Origin: an uncultured Nitrososphaerota archaeon
GTDB lineage: Archaea; Asgardarchaeota; Njordarchaeia; Njordarchaeales; Njordarchaeaceae
NCBI GenBank assembly: GCA_964518475.1
Contig: CAZFGR010000001.1
Coordinates: 46,280 to 110,279 of the forward strand
DNA: 64,000 nucleotides
Direction: 5' to 3'
Shown: positions 1-8,658 of the stretch, in pieces
Layout of the letters: every line of letters begins with the position of its first letter
Position numbering within the stretch: position 1 is the stretch's first letter
Made by a program: the position numbers and the translations under genes
The notes under the pieces: model-generated
The model's database searches: none
What the model saw: the letters and a program-made list of their open reading frames with translations, nothing else
Told to the model about the DNA's origin: nothing

Positions 1-378
1 CTCTTTATGGCTTTTTCTATATCTTCCAGAGAAAGAGGACGTTCTGAGTGATTAATCAGAGTACCATGAGCTCCAGCTAATTTTACAACTTCTGGAGGAG
101 TATGCCCCGTTTTCGCTCCTAGAGGCACAGGATCAATATGTTGAGAAAAAATATAGACCCTTCGCACTACTTGTGCTACCCGATAAATATCTGCTATCTG
201 AGGAGCTATACCGAAGGTTATTTTGCTGAAGTCCTCAGCTACATCCTCAACAATTTCAGTTAACCTAACAGCATTCTCCCCAATCGCACTCTCATAAGCC
301 TTGTAATTTACCAGTATTATTGGCGGAGAAATCTTTAATTTCATTTCTTCGTGAGAGATTTGAGATAGCATCTTCATG
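1..378 (-). CDS. tpiA: Triosephosphate isomerase, archaeal type (N-terminal part only; gene runs off the window start)
   Basis: Own translation of the minus strand from the ATG at 378: MKMLSQISHEEMKLKISPPIILVNYKAYES...IFSQHIDPVPLGAKTGHTPPEVVKLAGAHGTLINHSERPL. This matches archaeal TIM signatures (INxKxY, QHIDP..G..TGH, GTLxNHSE). It is absent from the ORF track because it is open at the edge. Confidence 0.8.
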
Positions 379-446
379 CACCAGAACATTCTATACTCTC
401 GAAATATAGTGGTACATTATTCAATTAAAATAACAAGTATGAGGTG

Positions 447-659
447 CTAGAAAATTATCCATGCAGAGATTACAAGCAAGATAAATAACAGAGAGATCGC
501 GGTGACTGCCCTTGGTCCTACCTTTATGCCCATTTCTTCCTCTTCATAGAATCTTAAAAGTCCAGCCCCCGTAGGAGGCGTTGTTAATCGCCTCGATTTT
601 CTTCTAGCTCTTTTTTCTTCTAATTCTTCCTCTTCATACTCCCAATAATCCTCTGACAT
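447..659 (-). CDS. secG: Preprotein translocase subunit Sec61beta/SecG
   Basis: 70 aa with a charged N-terminus, then TPPTGAGLLRFYEEE..GIKVGP, followed by a single C-terminal TM helix (AVTAISLLFILLVISAWIIF). This is the typical tail-anchored Sec61beta pattern. Confidence 0.75.
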   Translation of the reverse strand: MSEDYWEYEEEELEEKRARRKSRRLTTPPTGAGLLRFYEEEEMGIKVGPRAVTAISLLFILLVISAWIIF

Positions 660-680
660 ATATCATACACTTCCTCTAAA

Positions 681-992
681 TCATCCAAGCATATCAGCAG
701 AACTTATTTGGAACGAGACAATGTTGTATTCACGAAGAATATCCCCAACCTTCTTACCAGCAAAGTATATTGGTTCTCCTCCACCAGTCAATCCTATCCT
801 TCCGCTTTTTATGCCTAATTTTTCAGCTGCTTCAAGCACTACTCGCTCCATTGAATCATTTATTGTCGTTCTGATCGCTATTGTTTTTCTCAGATTATCC
901 GCCCTCTGGAAATATAGTGTAACTATTTCGGGCAATTCTTCGTGTTCCTCAGTTTGCTTAAGCTCAGCGATTTTTTTATCACGCGATTCCAT
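681..992 (-). CDS. Ubiquitin-fold modifier (UFM1/ubiquitin-like beta-grasp protein) ending in a single C-terminal Gly
   Basis: 103 aa. After a 22-aa charged leader, an 81-aa core shows ubiquitin-like strings (KTIAIRTTINDSMERVV..KLGI; IYFAGKKVGD.LREYNI, compare ubiquitin KTITLEVEPSDTIENVK..KEGI; LIFAGKQLEDGRTLSDYNI). It has the same length as mature human UFM1 (as recalled), including VLxxAAE and a terminal xG. The stop codon directly follows Gly. It lies next to a UBA5-like E1. Confidence 0.6.
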   Translation of the reverse strand: MESRDKKIAELKQTEEHEELPEIVTLYFQRADNLRKTIAIRTTINDSMERVVLEAAEKLGIKSGRIGLTGGGEPIYFAGKKVGDILREYNIVSFQISSADMLG

Positions 993-1098
993 TCATTTCA
1001 CCGCATTAAACACTAAAATCAACCTAATACTTCTCAAGTCATTTAGCTTACTAAAATCTATCTTAAAATGCACCTCACAGGGAAAGCCCAATCATCGA

Positions 1099-1500
1099 CT
1101 ATTTCAATATCTCGTCGAGATGCTTCTTAGCCTTCTTTTTCAATTTTTCATCTTTCATCAGATTAGATTCTCTAATCTCAGCAAATTCGTCCTTAAGAGA
1201 ATCCATGCTCACTTTGAGATCACTAAGAATCTGTGCGAAAGAATCTAGTTTACCAACTAATTTACTAATACTTATGGACAATTTCAAGATATGATCCTCA
1301 ATTCTCTTCATCATATTAACTAATTCAGAAGTATTCTCATTAATCGTTGATAAAACCTCATTCCAAGCCTCCACTAATGATTTTAGAGATTCGGCGCTTG
1401 GTACTGGTCCCCGGGGCGTCTCTATAACATCTATAACTATAACCTTTTCCTTCTTCTCTGATTCGCCCTTACTCAATACTCTCACTCCCACAATACTCAC
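1099..1500 (-). CDS. Hypothetical coiled-coil protein between the Ubl and E1 genes
   Basis: 133-aa ORF with a heptad-like L/I/K/E-rich C-terminal two thirds. Its 5' end overlaps the E1 3' end by 32 nt, which suggests co-transcription. No recognisable family. Confidence 0.4.
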   Translation of the reverse strand: MSIVGVRVLSKGESEKKEKVIVIDVIETPRGPVPSAESLKSLVEAWNEVLSTINENTSELVNMMKRIEDHILKLSISISKLVGKLDSFAQILSDLKVSMDSLKDEFAEIRESNLMKDEKLKKKAKKHLDEILK

Positions 1501-2236
1501 AGTTTCTCCTTCTCTTTACCTTATCGTCACTTAATACTGTAATACTATTGTTACGCAAGCTAATTATTATCCTAGGAGCCACGTCATTATTATGTAATAT
1601 CTTTAATCCTTGATCTACCTGAATAGCCGCTATAATACTTATGGTTGTGGGTAATGAGGCGTCACAAGATCCGGATTCCTCCTCCCCTCCCAGCTCCACC
1701 AGAGTTCCCTCTCCAAAATAACACCCTAGACAAGGTGTCTTATATGGAATAACCGTTATAACACGCCCCCCTAGACCATCAGTACTTGTTCCTCCATCGA
1801 TAAGAGGCTTCCGAAGTTTTACAATCCAGTAATTAATCTCTAGCCTAGCCTCTACATTATCAAAGCATGTAAAAACAAGATCGCACTTCTTTAAAATCTC
1901 TGGAAGCTTCTCCCAACCTATAACATCGACATAGTACGTTTCTATATCTGGTGCAAAATTGCCTAGAATCTTCGATATCTTCGCCAGTTTATTAGCTAAC
2001 GCATTTACTTTCGGTTTACCAATATCCTCTACCTCAAAACCTAGTCTATTGAAGTTCTCCGGCCCGACAATATCACGATCCACAAGAATTAGCTTCCCAA
2101 TACCTAACCTGCCCAGCATCTCAGCAACCAAAACTCCTAAACCTCCAACTCCTAAAACACATGCGACTTTACTATGCACCAGCTCTGGATCCACTCCCGC
2201 CCTTTTTACTCTCTCCAGCATGGGGGGTAGAGCCAC
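1469..2236 (-). CDS. UBA5-like minimal E1 (ThiF/MoeB-fold adenylating enzyme)
   Basis: Carries GVGGLGVLVAEMLGRLGIGKLILVDRDIVGPENFNRLGF (compare human UBA5 [39 protein letters not shown], from memory) and DNVEARLEIN. A Zn pair PCLGC...NCEYCG is present. SGSCDASLPTTISIIAAIQ matches the UBA5 catalytic-Cys loop GVCAASLPTTMGVVAGI. At 255 aa it lacks the C-terminal UFM1/UFC1-binding tail of UBA5. Confidence 0.75.
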   Translation of the reverse strand: MALPPMLERVKRAGVDPELVHSKVACVLGVGGLGVLVAEMLGRLGIGKLILVDRDIVGPENFNRLGFEVEDIGKPKVNALANKLAKISKILGNFAPDIETYYVDVIGWEKLPEILKKCDLVFTCFDNVEARLEINYWIVKLRKPLIDGGTSTDGLGGRVITVIPYKTPCLGCYFGEGTLVELGGEEESGSCDASLPTTISIIAAIQVDQGLKILHNNDVAPRIIISLRNNSITVLSDDKVKRRRNCEYCGSESIE

Positions 2237-3554
2237 TTTCCCTCGCCTCCCTTCTTTTCCTCTTTTTCTCCCTCATATATAACAATCGTACAAATAGTAA
2301 TGGATGAGACATCTCCTTTTCATATCTTCTACCCATCAAGAAACTTAGATATTCACTGCAAGCTTTTCGAGCTTCTCCTTCCCTCATTCTTCTTAGTATA
2401 GTTACAAGCACTTTATCGGGCATTTCTTGGTGCATATTCTTGAGAATTTCCTTCAACTGTTCAGAGGACAAGGATTTGAATGGACAGAAATACTTAGCTA
2501 TTATGGTTTCACATTTCGGCGCTTCATAATCTTTTCTCCCTCCAACTAATCCATAGATGTGTTTTATATAATATCCACCTTTCCGCTCAAATTCCTCCCA
2601 AGACATACCAAAATTATCAACTGCTGATTTGTACCATAATTGTAATTGCTCTTCCAAGCTCATACCTAGTTTTTTAAGAAATAGTCCTAGTTGTAACCTT
2701 TCCCCATGAGTAAGATAACCTGAAGTTCTAAGTCTATTAATCAGTATTTTCATACATAATGGCCATAGATCCTCTCGCTCATATAGCTTTTCACCCACTA
2801 CCTTAAAATCTTTGTATTTGATACTCATTAGATCCCTCTTCTCCCTCCAGTAAGAGAGAATTCTCTCTGCTACTTCTTGCAAGATAAGAACTTTTGTATC
2901 TCCCTCTTTTTTGCGTTGACTTAGATGCTTAATTCTCGCCTCCAGTTTCGTTTGAAAGCATTTCTTTATTTCAGCTAATAGGAACCTCATCGTCGTTACG
3001 ATCCATCCCTTATGGGGAAAGCCACGGTGCTTAATAAGAAGCCATGGAACCTCCCAGAATTTTACCGCTACTCCTCCAAGCTCGTTCCGATAAATGTCAG
3101 TATAAAGCTTTGTCATCGTTTCCTTTCTCCTAGTATCACTAGGTAATAATACCGCTAATTCCTTTAATATATCATCTCTGCTAATTCCTAGACGAGATGT
3201 TATCTCCTTCCATCCTATAATTACGTTATCACCTAGCAAGTCCTTTATTATTGCAATTTTATCTCCAATCGAAGCCCTCTCCATCCAATACGAGAAAAAA
3301 TCACCCTCATGCTCTAGAAACCATAACTTGAAAAGGTTATCTTCCGATAAAGCTGCTGTAATTATCAAAGAGAAGCAACCCAGCGGATTCAAAACGTCCT
3401 CATTAGACTTTAAAAAAGCCTCCTCCCTATCCCTCGCAATACTCAATAGGAAATCTACCCTTTTCTTACCAGCTTCAACTAGTTGATCCAGATTTACTGA
3501 GCCATGAAGCTTTTGTAACGGATACCACTTAGGTAGTTTTGACTCCAGAAACAT
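2172..3554 (-). CDS. priL: DNA primase large subunit PriL
   Basis: 460 aa. LWPLCMKILINRLRTSGYLTHGERLQLGLFLKKLGMSLEEQLQLW matches the PriL/Prim2 PPCM...L.H..R..L..FL motif. C-terminal Cys residues (KCETIIAKYFCPF, KACSEY) fit the Fe-S domain. Confidence 0.8.
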   Translation of the reverse strand: MFLESKLPKWYPLQKLHGSVNLDQLVEAGKKRVDFLLSIARDREEAFLKSNEDVLNPLGCFSLIITAALSEDNLFKLWFLEHEGDFFSYWMERASIGDKIAIIKDLLGDNVIIGWKEITSRLGISRDDILKELAVLLPSDTRRKETMTKLYTDIYRNELGGVAVKFWEVPWLLIKHRGFPHKGWIVTTMRFLLAEIKKCFQTKLEARIKHLSQRKKEGDTKVLILQEVAERILSYWREKRDLMSIKYKDFKVVGEKLYEREDLWPLCMKILINRLRTSGYLTHGERLQLGLFLKKLGMSLEEQLQLWYKSAVDNFGMSWEEFERKGGYYIKHIYGLVGGRKDYEAPKCETIIAKYFCPFKSLSSEQLKEILKNMHQEMPDKVLVTILRRMREGEARKACSEYLSFLMGRRYEKEMSHPLLFVRLLYMREKKRKRREARESGSTPHAGESKKGGSGSRAGA

Positions 3555-4136
3555 CTAGTCACCCCCACCCGGTCCCTTAGCCAACATGTCAATAACTATT
3601 TCATCAATTAATTCGGGGGGAGGCATTAGAGCTTGCCCAAGTTCTGTCAAAATGATTTTTCCAGAATCAGCGTCGAGTCTAATGATTTTCTCTCTTTCGA
3701 GCTTCTTAAGAGCCTTTCGCAAGAGCTTATCTACTTTTTCTTCATCACCAATAAGGGCTAGCAAATCGTTTCTTAACACTGATAAGAAAATTTCTCCTCC
3801 CTTACTTCTAAAAAATATAAGCGCCAGGACACCCATGACATCCTTACTATAAGGCCGTAACTCCCCAAGTTTTATAGCTGGATCAATCACAGCTACGAAA
3901 ATCTCGCTTCGCCTACTCCTCCTAACAACTCGTACCCTCTTAAGTTTTAGCCCAATCTTCTCGAACCTTCTCTCAAGCTCTTTTAAGCATTCTTCTAGAG
4001 GGATCCGTGATTTCTTCAAAATCTTTATTACCTTGCTCACCGGTGCACCTATACTTCTATAACGACTGGCTAGGATATAGGCCGCCGCCTCCCGAATCGC
4101 TTGTTCAGCTTCCTCTGGTAAATCTTTGCTACTCAT
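3555..4136 (-). CDS. Putative ScpB-like (tandem winged-helix) SMC accessory protein
   Basis: 193 aa. It abuts PriL and overlaps the upstream ORF by 8 nt, two genes downstream of SMC. It has two WH-like segments (..VSKVIKILKKS..LEECLKELERRFEKIGLKLK..; ..VMGVLALIFFRSKGGEI..LKKLEREKIIRLDADSGKIILTELG). The assignment rests on context plus a weak pattern. Confidence 0.4.
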   Translation of the reverse strand: MSSKDLPEEAEQAIREAAAYILASRYRSIGAPVSKVIKILKKSRIPLEECLKELERRFEKIGLKLKRVRVVRRSRRSEIFVAVIDPAIKLGELRPYSKDVMGVLALIFFRSKGGEIFLSVLRNDLLALIGDEEKVDKLLRKALKKLEREKIIRLDADSGKIILTELGQALMPPPELIDEIVIDMLAKGPGGGD

Positions 4137-4818
4137 ATCGTTTCACCTTAACGATGTTCTCCTTATAATCATACAATAAATTACCATTTTTCAACAGTCT
4201 TAACACTCCAATAACACGTAGTTTCACTTCTAGCTCCGTCTGCACTAACTCCCGTCTTCTTACTACTTCCTCTATTCTACACTTCCCCTCGTTTTTTATT
4301 ATTTCATTAAGTAATGTCTCCTCCAACTTCTTCAGGAAAGAATTCTTTTTGAGTAGATGAGTTACTATCTCAGGCAATACTCTCTTTAACCTCTTCTTTA
4401 ACGCTTTCCGAACCTTTTGTCCTCCAAGAATTAGTTGTTCAAGACCTTCTTTTAACGCTTCATATGAAAATCCTTGGATAGAAACAATATGTGTGATGGG
4501 GAATTCTTCGCGTTTAACGGCTTCTAGAACCATCTTTATACTTGATAAGGGTTTGTTGAGAGAAACTTTACTAGCTTGTAATAACTGTTCAACATAATTG
4601 TGTCTAGCTTTAACATAAAGATTAAGCATTTGAAAGAAAGAGATGCCAAGATCCGTATCCCTAATCAGAATACGCCTAACATCAGCATTATCTGATATGT
4701 CTACGATATTATTGAGAATAATCCGTGGAAGACCCTCAGCCCCTGTCTTAATGTATTCTTTCATTAACCTAATTGTTCTTACCACGATACCCCGATTCTT
4801 ATCACGGCTACGACTCAT
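4129..4818 (-). CDS. Hypothetical protein, candidate kleisin-type SMC partner
   Basis: 229-aa ORF immediately downstream of SMC (37-nt gap) and overlapping the ScpB-like gene. It lacks the canonical ScpA GPLDLL motif, so the call is positional only. Confidence 0.3.
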   Translation of the reverse strand: MSRSRDKNRGIVVRTIRLMKEYIKTGAEGLPRIILNNIVDISDNADVRRILIRDTDLGISFFQMLNLYVKARHNYVEQLLQASKVSLNKPLSSIKMVLEAVKREEFPITHIVSIQGFSYEALKEGLEQLILGGQKVRKALKKRLKRVLPEIVTHLLKKNSFLKKLEETLLNEIIKNEGKCRIEEVVRRRELVQTELEVKLRVIGVLRLLKNGNLLYDYKENIVKVKRYE

Positions 4819-4855
4819 TTTAACCAGAACCTAATTCAACAATATCTCTTCCAAT

Positions 4856-7800
4856 TCACTTTAATTTAGTAACTAGTTCCTTAATACTAATAGGTACAAC
4901 TATAGACTTCTTTTTCTCCTCATCATAATGCATATATACTATGTTATCGGCTGTTAAGAGAATTTCCTCTCTATGAGTAGTAGTTATGATTCCTTGAAAG
5001 TTCTTCAATGATCTTTTGATAACGTACATAATTTCCTCTAAGCTCTTATCATCTAGGAAAACATCAAACTCGTCAAACATATAAAGGGGAGCAGGAGCTG
5101 TTAAGAAAAGAGCTATAATCATTAACATTATAGCCGTCGTTTTTTCTCCAGAACTAAAACCCCCCTTATCAATCTCCACCGGTTTATCCCTATGAATGTC
5201 TATAGTGATTGAAAAATGGAGTTCTTCGGGTGAATCACCCTCCAACATTATTTCGCCGCGTGCCCCAATATATGATAAAAGCTCTTGGTAGTTCTCGTTA
5301 GCTTTCATAATCATTTTTCTTACAGAATTTATGAGATCGAGCAGTTCACGAGAATACAATTTTTTAATTTCTTGCACTTCAATATCCAATTCCTTAATTC
5401 TTCTCTTGATTTCTTCAATTCTTTGGAAAAACTCTTCAACTTCAAAAGCTTCTGACTCCATTTTAAAAATTGCTTCCTTATAGCTCTTTACACCCTCTTC
5501 TAGCTCTAAAGCTAGTTTTTCAAGATCATTTATATTCATGGCTTCCACAAGATTATTGGCTGGCTCTACAATTTCTTTTTTAATGAAGTCCTCAGTAGTC
5601 TTGTCTCTTGGTATAACATCGAGTCTCCTCATAATATCAAAAATTACTACTATCTCTCTCCTTGTTTTAGATAATTCCTCATCGATATTCTTAAGCTCCC
5701 TTTGCAAAAACCGTATCTTGGCGGGTAACTCCTCTTTCTCACGTTCTAGGGCTTTTATCTGGGCAGAAATATCTGCCTCCTCTTCAATAAGTTTTCTGAT
5801 TTGTTCTTCTAGGAAACTTCTTCTTTCCTCCAAACTTAGTACTTTCTGGTTACACTTCTCAATTTTATCCTGCATCTCATCTATTCTCTTGCTCCACGAC
5901 TCTATAGCTTGTTGAATAGATTTTATGCTTTCTGGCGCCTGCTTCAGCCGCTTCTTGATCATCTGTATTCTAGATATAATAGCCTCTATTTGCCTAATCT
6001 CTTCCTCCAACGAAAATTTTTCCTTTTCTAAACTAATAGCTTCTTTAGGCAATCTATTTCGAAGGAAATCTATTTCTTGTCGCAATCTCCTTATCTCAGA
6101 ATCTAGTGAATCTACCTGCGATAAAATCTCGTCTTCCATTTTAAGAAAATCTTCTAGAGAGAAACCGAGAATATCCACTAATATGCTTTCGGACTCCTCT
6201 CCGCCAATTCTCACATTATAAAAGACAGCGCCCGTGACTCTATCTCTCCTCCTCTCAACCACTGAACCATCAATAGTTACGGCTTTACTAAGACCCAGTC
6301 TATTAAGGATTAATGCAGCAGCCTTCTCGTCAAGTACTATGGGAACATCCCAATTCCTGGATTCTATAACGGCCAAGACGGGTTCAGGAGCTATAATAGC
6401 GTCGCAGACCCAGCCAGCTATTAGATACTCGTTGCCACCTAATACTTCCTTCGCCCTCTTTTTCAACAATTTTCGCTTCTTTTTTGCCTCGTTCACGATT
6501 CGTCTAGCGATGTCTAGAGCACTCTCACTTATTAATTCTCCAGAATCAGACCTACTTATAGTGATAATATCTATTCTCCCGCCTCCTCGATTTTTCCTCA
6601 CAATTTCAACCATCTTGTAATAAGCTTGAGGCGATGTTACGATAAATGCGGATAATAACCTTTTACCGAGGACATTCTCTATAGCCACCGCGTAATCCCT
6701 AAAAATATTTCCAGCAACTCTCGGTCTTATCTCCAGCAATACCGGACCATAGATCTCGCTTCTCAAAAGTTCTCTAGGAATAGTATTAAATACCCTCTCC
6801 AGAGACCCAGAATGATCGAGTTTTCTCAGCAAATTTCTTAGCTGTGTGCGCAACCCATCCAATTCCTTTATCAAAACTTTTTTCTCCACTTGTAATCTTT
6901 CGATATCTTCCCTTATCCCTTTTATCTTACGGAAAATCTCACTCTCGCTCAGTTTAGCCTCAATCCATTTTATTCTCTCAATTCTTTCAGAAATCATTCT
7001 CCTTAATTCCTCAGGATCGTCGCTGCCCCATTTCTTTCGGATTTCTTCAAGCTCTTGAAGCTCTTTCTCATACTTTTCTCTAACCTCTACAAGCTTTGCT
7101 TGATACTCCTTAACCTTCTCCTCAGCCTTTTTTAGTTCATACTCATACCCCACCTTCTCGCCCATGGTTATTCTCTCAATCTCCGATCTCACGTGCTCAT
7201 ACTCCTTATTTAGCTCATCTCTTCTCTTCCTAACTTTATCTAACGACTCATGCAATGCGACAATTTTTTCCTCAATCTCCTTGATCCTCCTCTGAAATTC
7301 CTCAAGTTCCGTTTCTAATCGACTCTTCGCACTCACTAAATACGCCAATTTGACTGCGTAATATCTCGTGAGTTTTTCCCTCGGCAATAATGGGTGGAGT
7401 ACCTTTTTACTCCTCTTAGTTACTTCCTCCTCCAACTCCCTTAGTTCCTTAACTAATTCCTTGCGTACTTTTTCTTTTTCCAGAATCTCATTTTTTACTC
7501 TCTCTAATCGATCACGTAGCTCTTTTAAACCTAAAACACTTAGAAGAAGATCCACTCTCTCCCTAGTTGATAGAGATACCCACTCATTCACCCTCTCCTG
7601 CGGCAAGAAGAAGAGCGTGTTACGAGGAGAAATATTCACCTTAACCAGCATCTTAATAACATCATTCTTCGTCACTTTTTTCCCATTAATCCTAAAAAAC
7701 GATTTCCCATCCCTATAAATCACGCGCTCCAGAACAACATCGGTATTCTCAGGGAGAAAATCAACCAGTCTAATCCTAGGTCTACCCGGAATATCTACAG

Positions 7801-8122
7801 TATTACTCATTCTCAACCTAATAATAGCCATACTAGCTCCATACCTGACAAACTTTCCAAGATTCTCTAACCGCTCACGCCCAAGCCCACCAAAGGCTAG
7901 TCTAATAGCTTCCAGAACAGCTGTTTTACCACTCCCCCTCCTCCCAACAATTACGTTTATTCCCTTAGTAAACACTATACGCGTATTCTCGTGCGACATA
8001 AAGTTTATCAGTTCCAACTCTTTAAGCACAATCAGCACCCATGAAGGCTCAATACATTCACAGACTATGAAAACTCTCCCGATAAAATCACTATATACCA
8101 TGGGAAAAATACACCAATTCAT
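4856..8122 (-). CDS. smc: SMC-family chromosome ATPase (Walker A, hinge, divergent signature motif)
   Basis: Walker A GRRGSGKTAVLEAI, long K/E/L coiled coils, and a hinge (AIENVLGKRLLSAFIVTSPQAYYKMVEIVRKNRGGGRIDIITIS ... AVTIDGSVVE). The signature-like motif is FSSGEKT and Walker B is LYMFDEFDVFLD. The true start is probably the in-frame GTG near 8038 (VLIVLKELELINFMSH, a typical SMC N-terminus), not the ATG at 8122. Confidence 0.8.
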   Translation of the reverse strand: MNWCIFPMVYSDFIGRVFIVCECIEPSWVLIVLKELELINFMSHENTRIVFTKGINVIVGRRGSGKTAVLEAIRLAFGGLGRERLENLGKFVRYGASMAIIRLRMSNTVDIPGRPRIRLVDFLPENTDVVLERVIYRDGKSFFRINGKKVTKNDVIKMLVKVNISPRNTLFFLPQERVNEWVSLSTRERVDLLLSVLGLKELRDRLERVKNEILEKEKVRKELVKELRELEEEVTKRSKKVLHPLLPREKLTRYYAVKLAYLVSAKSRLETELEEFQRRIKEIEEKIVALHESLDKVRKRRDELNKEYEHVRSEIERITMGEKVGYEYELKKAEEKVKEYQAKLVEVREKYEKELQELEEIRKKWGSDDPEELRRMISERIERIKWIEAKLSESEIFRKIKGIREDIERLQVEKKVLIKELDGLRTQLRNLLRKLDHSGSLERVFNTIPRELLRSEIYGPVLLEIRPRVAGNIFRDYAVAIENVLGKRLLSAFIVTSPQAYYKMVEIVRKNRGGGRIDIITISRSDSGELISESALDIARRIVNEAKKKRKLLKKRAKEVLGGNEYLIAGWVCDAIIAPEPVLAVIESRNWDVPIVLDEKAAALILNRLGLSKAVTIDGSVVERRRDRVTGAVFYNVRIGGEESESILVDILGFSLEDFLKMEDEILSQVDSLDSEIRRLRQEIDFLRNRLPKEAISLEKEKFSLEEEIRQIEAIISRIQMIKKRLKQAPESIKSIQQAIESWSKRIDEMQDKIEKCNQKVLSLEERRSFLEEQIRKLIEEEADISAQIKALEREKEELPAKIRFLQRELKNIDEELSKTRREIVVIFDIMRRLDVIPRDKTTEDFIKKEIVEPANNLVEAMNINDLEKLALELEEGVKSYKEAIFKMESEAFEVEEFFQRIEEIKRRIKELDIEVQEIKKLYSRELLDLINSVRKMIMKANENYQELLSYIGARGEIMLEGDSPEELHFSITIDIHRDKPVEIDKGGFSSGEKTTAIMLMIIALFLTAPAPLYMFDEFDVFLDDKSLEEIMYVIKRSLKNFQGIITTTHREEILLTADNIVYMHYDEEKKKSIVVPISIKELVTKLK

Positions 8123-8307
8123 TAAAAACTATCCCACAAGCATCATACCATAATCCATAATCACAAAAGGCTAGTTAGTGAGAGATAACGTGGAAAAGAT
8201 AGATAAATTTGAGATAAACCTCTTATCTATCAAAAGATTAATAAACCTATAGAATCACTAAACTAATAAGGTTAGCTATCTATCCTCTCAGCCATCCATA
8301 CACATGT

Positions 8308-8432
<125 letters not shown>

Positions 8433-8658
8433 CTTCCCTTCTTTTGTTCATTCTGTTTGTTGCTTTTGATGCTTTTAGTGTACTCAATGTTTTTTCTAAC
8501 ACTTAGTTGGCTTTTATTGCTGGAGCTCAATACTGTATTTTAGTGATTTTTGATTCTTATATCTCTAGTCGCTTATCTGTTGCGATTGGTAGATAGCTAA
8601 TTTATGAGAATATTCAAGAAAATCGCCAATTAGGTTTAGGTGGTGATGCCATTTTCAA

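Noticed and set aside
2172-2236. 65-nt overlap of the PriL 3' end with the E1 5' end, considered as a possible frameshift or gene fusion
   Set aside because: Both proteins are complete by motif content (PriL Fe-S domain; the UBA5-like N-terminal RVKRAGV segment). The PriL tail in the overlap is a basic, low-complexity read-on, so I see no evidence for a fusion.
5538-7718. Several plus-strand ORFs (125, 98, 128, 70 and 116 aa) inside the SMC gene
   Set aside because: Their S/L/I/F-rich low-complexity translations are the antisense shadow of the K/E/L-rich coiled-coil codons. They have no motifs and are fully contained in a well-supported gene.
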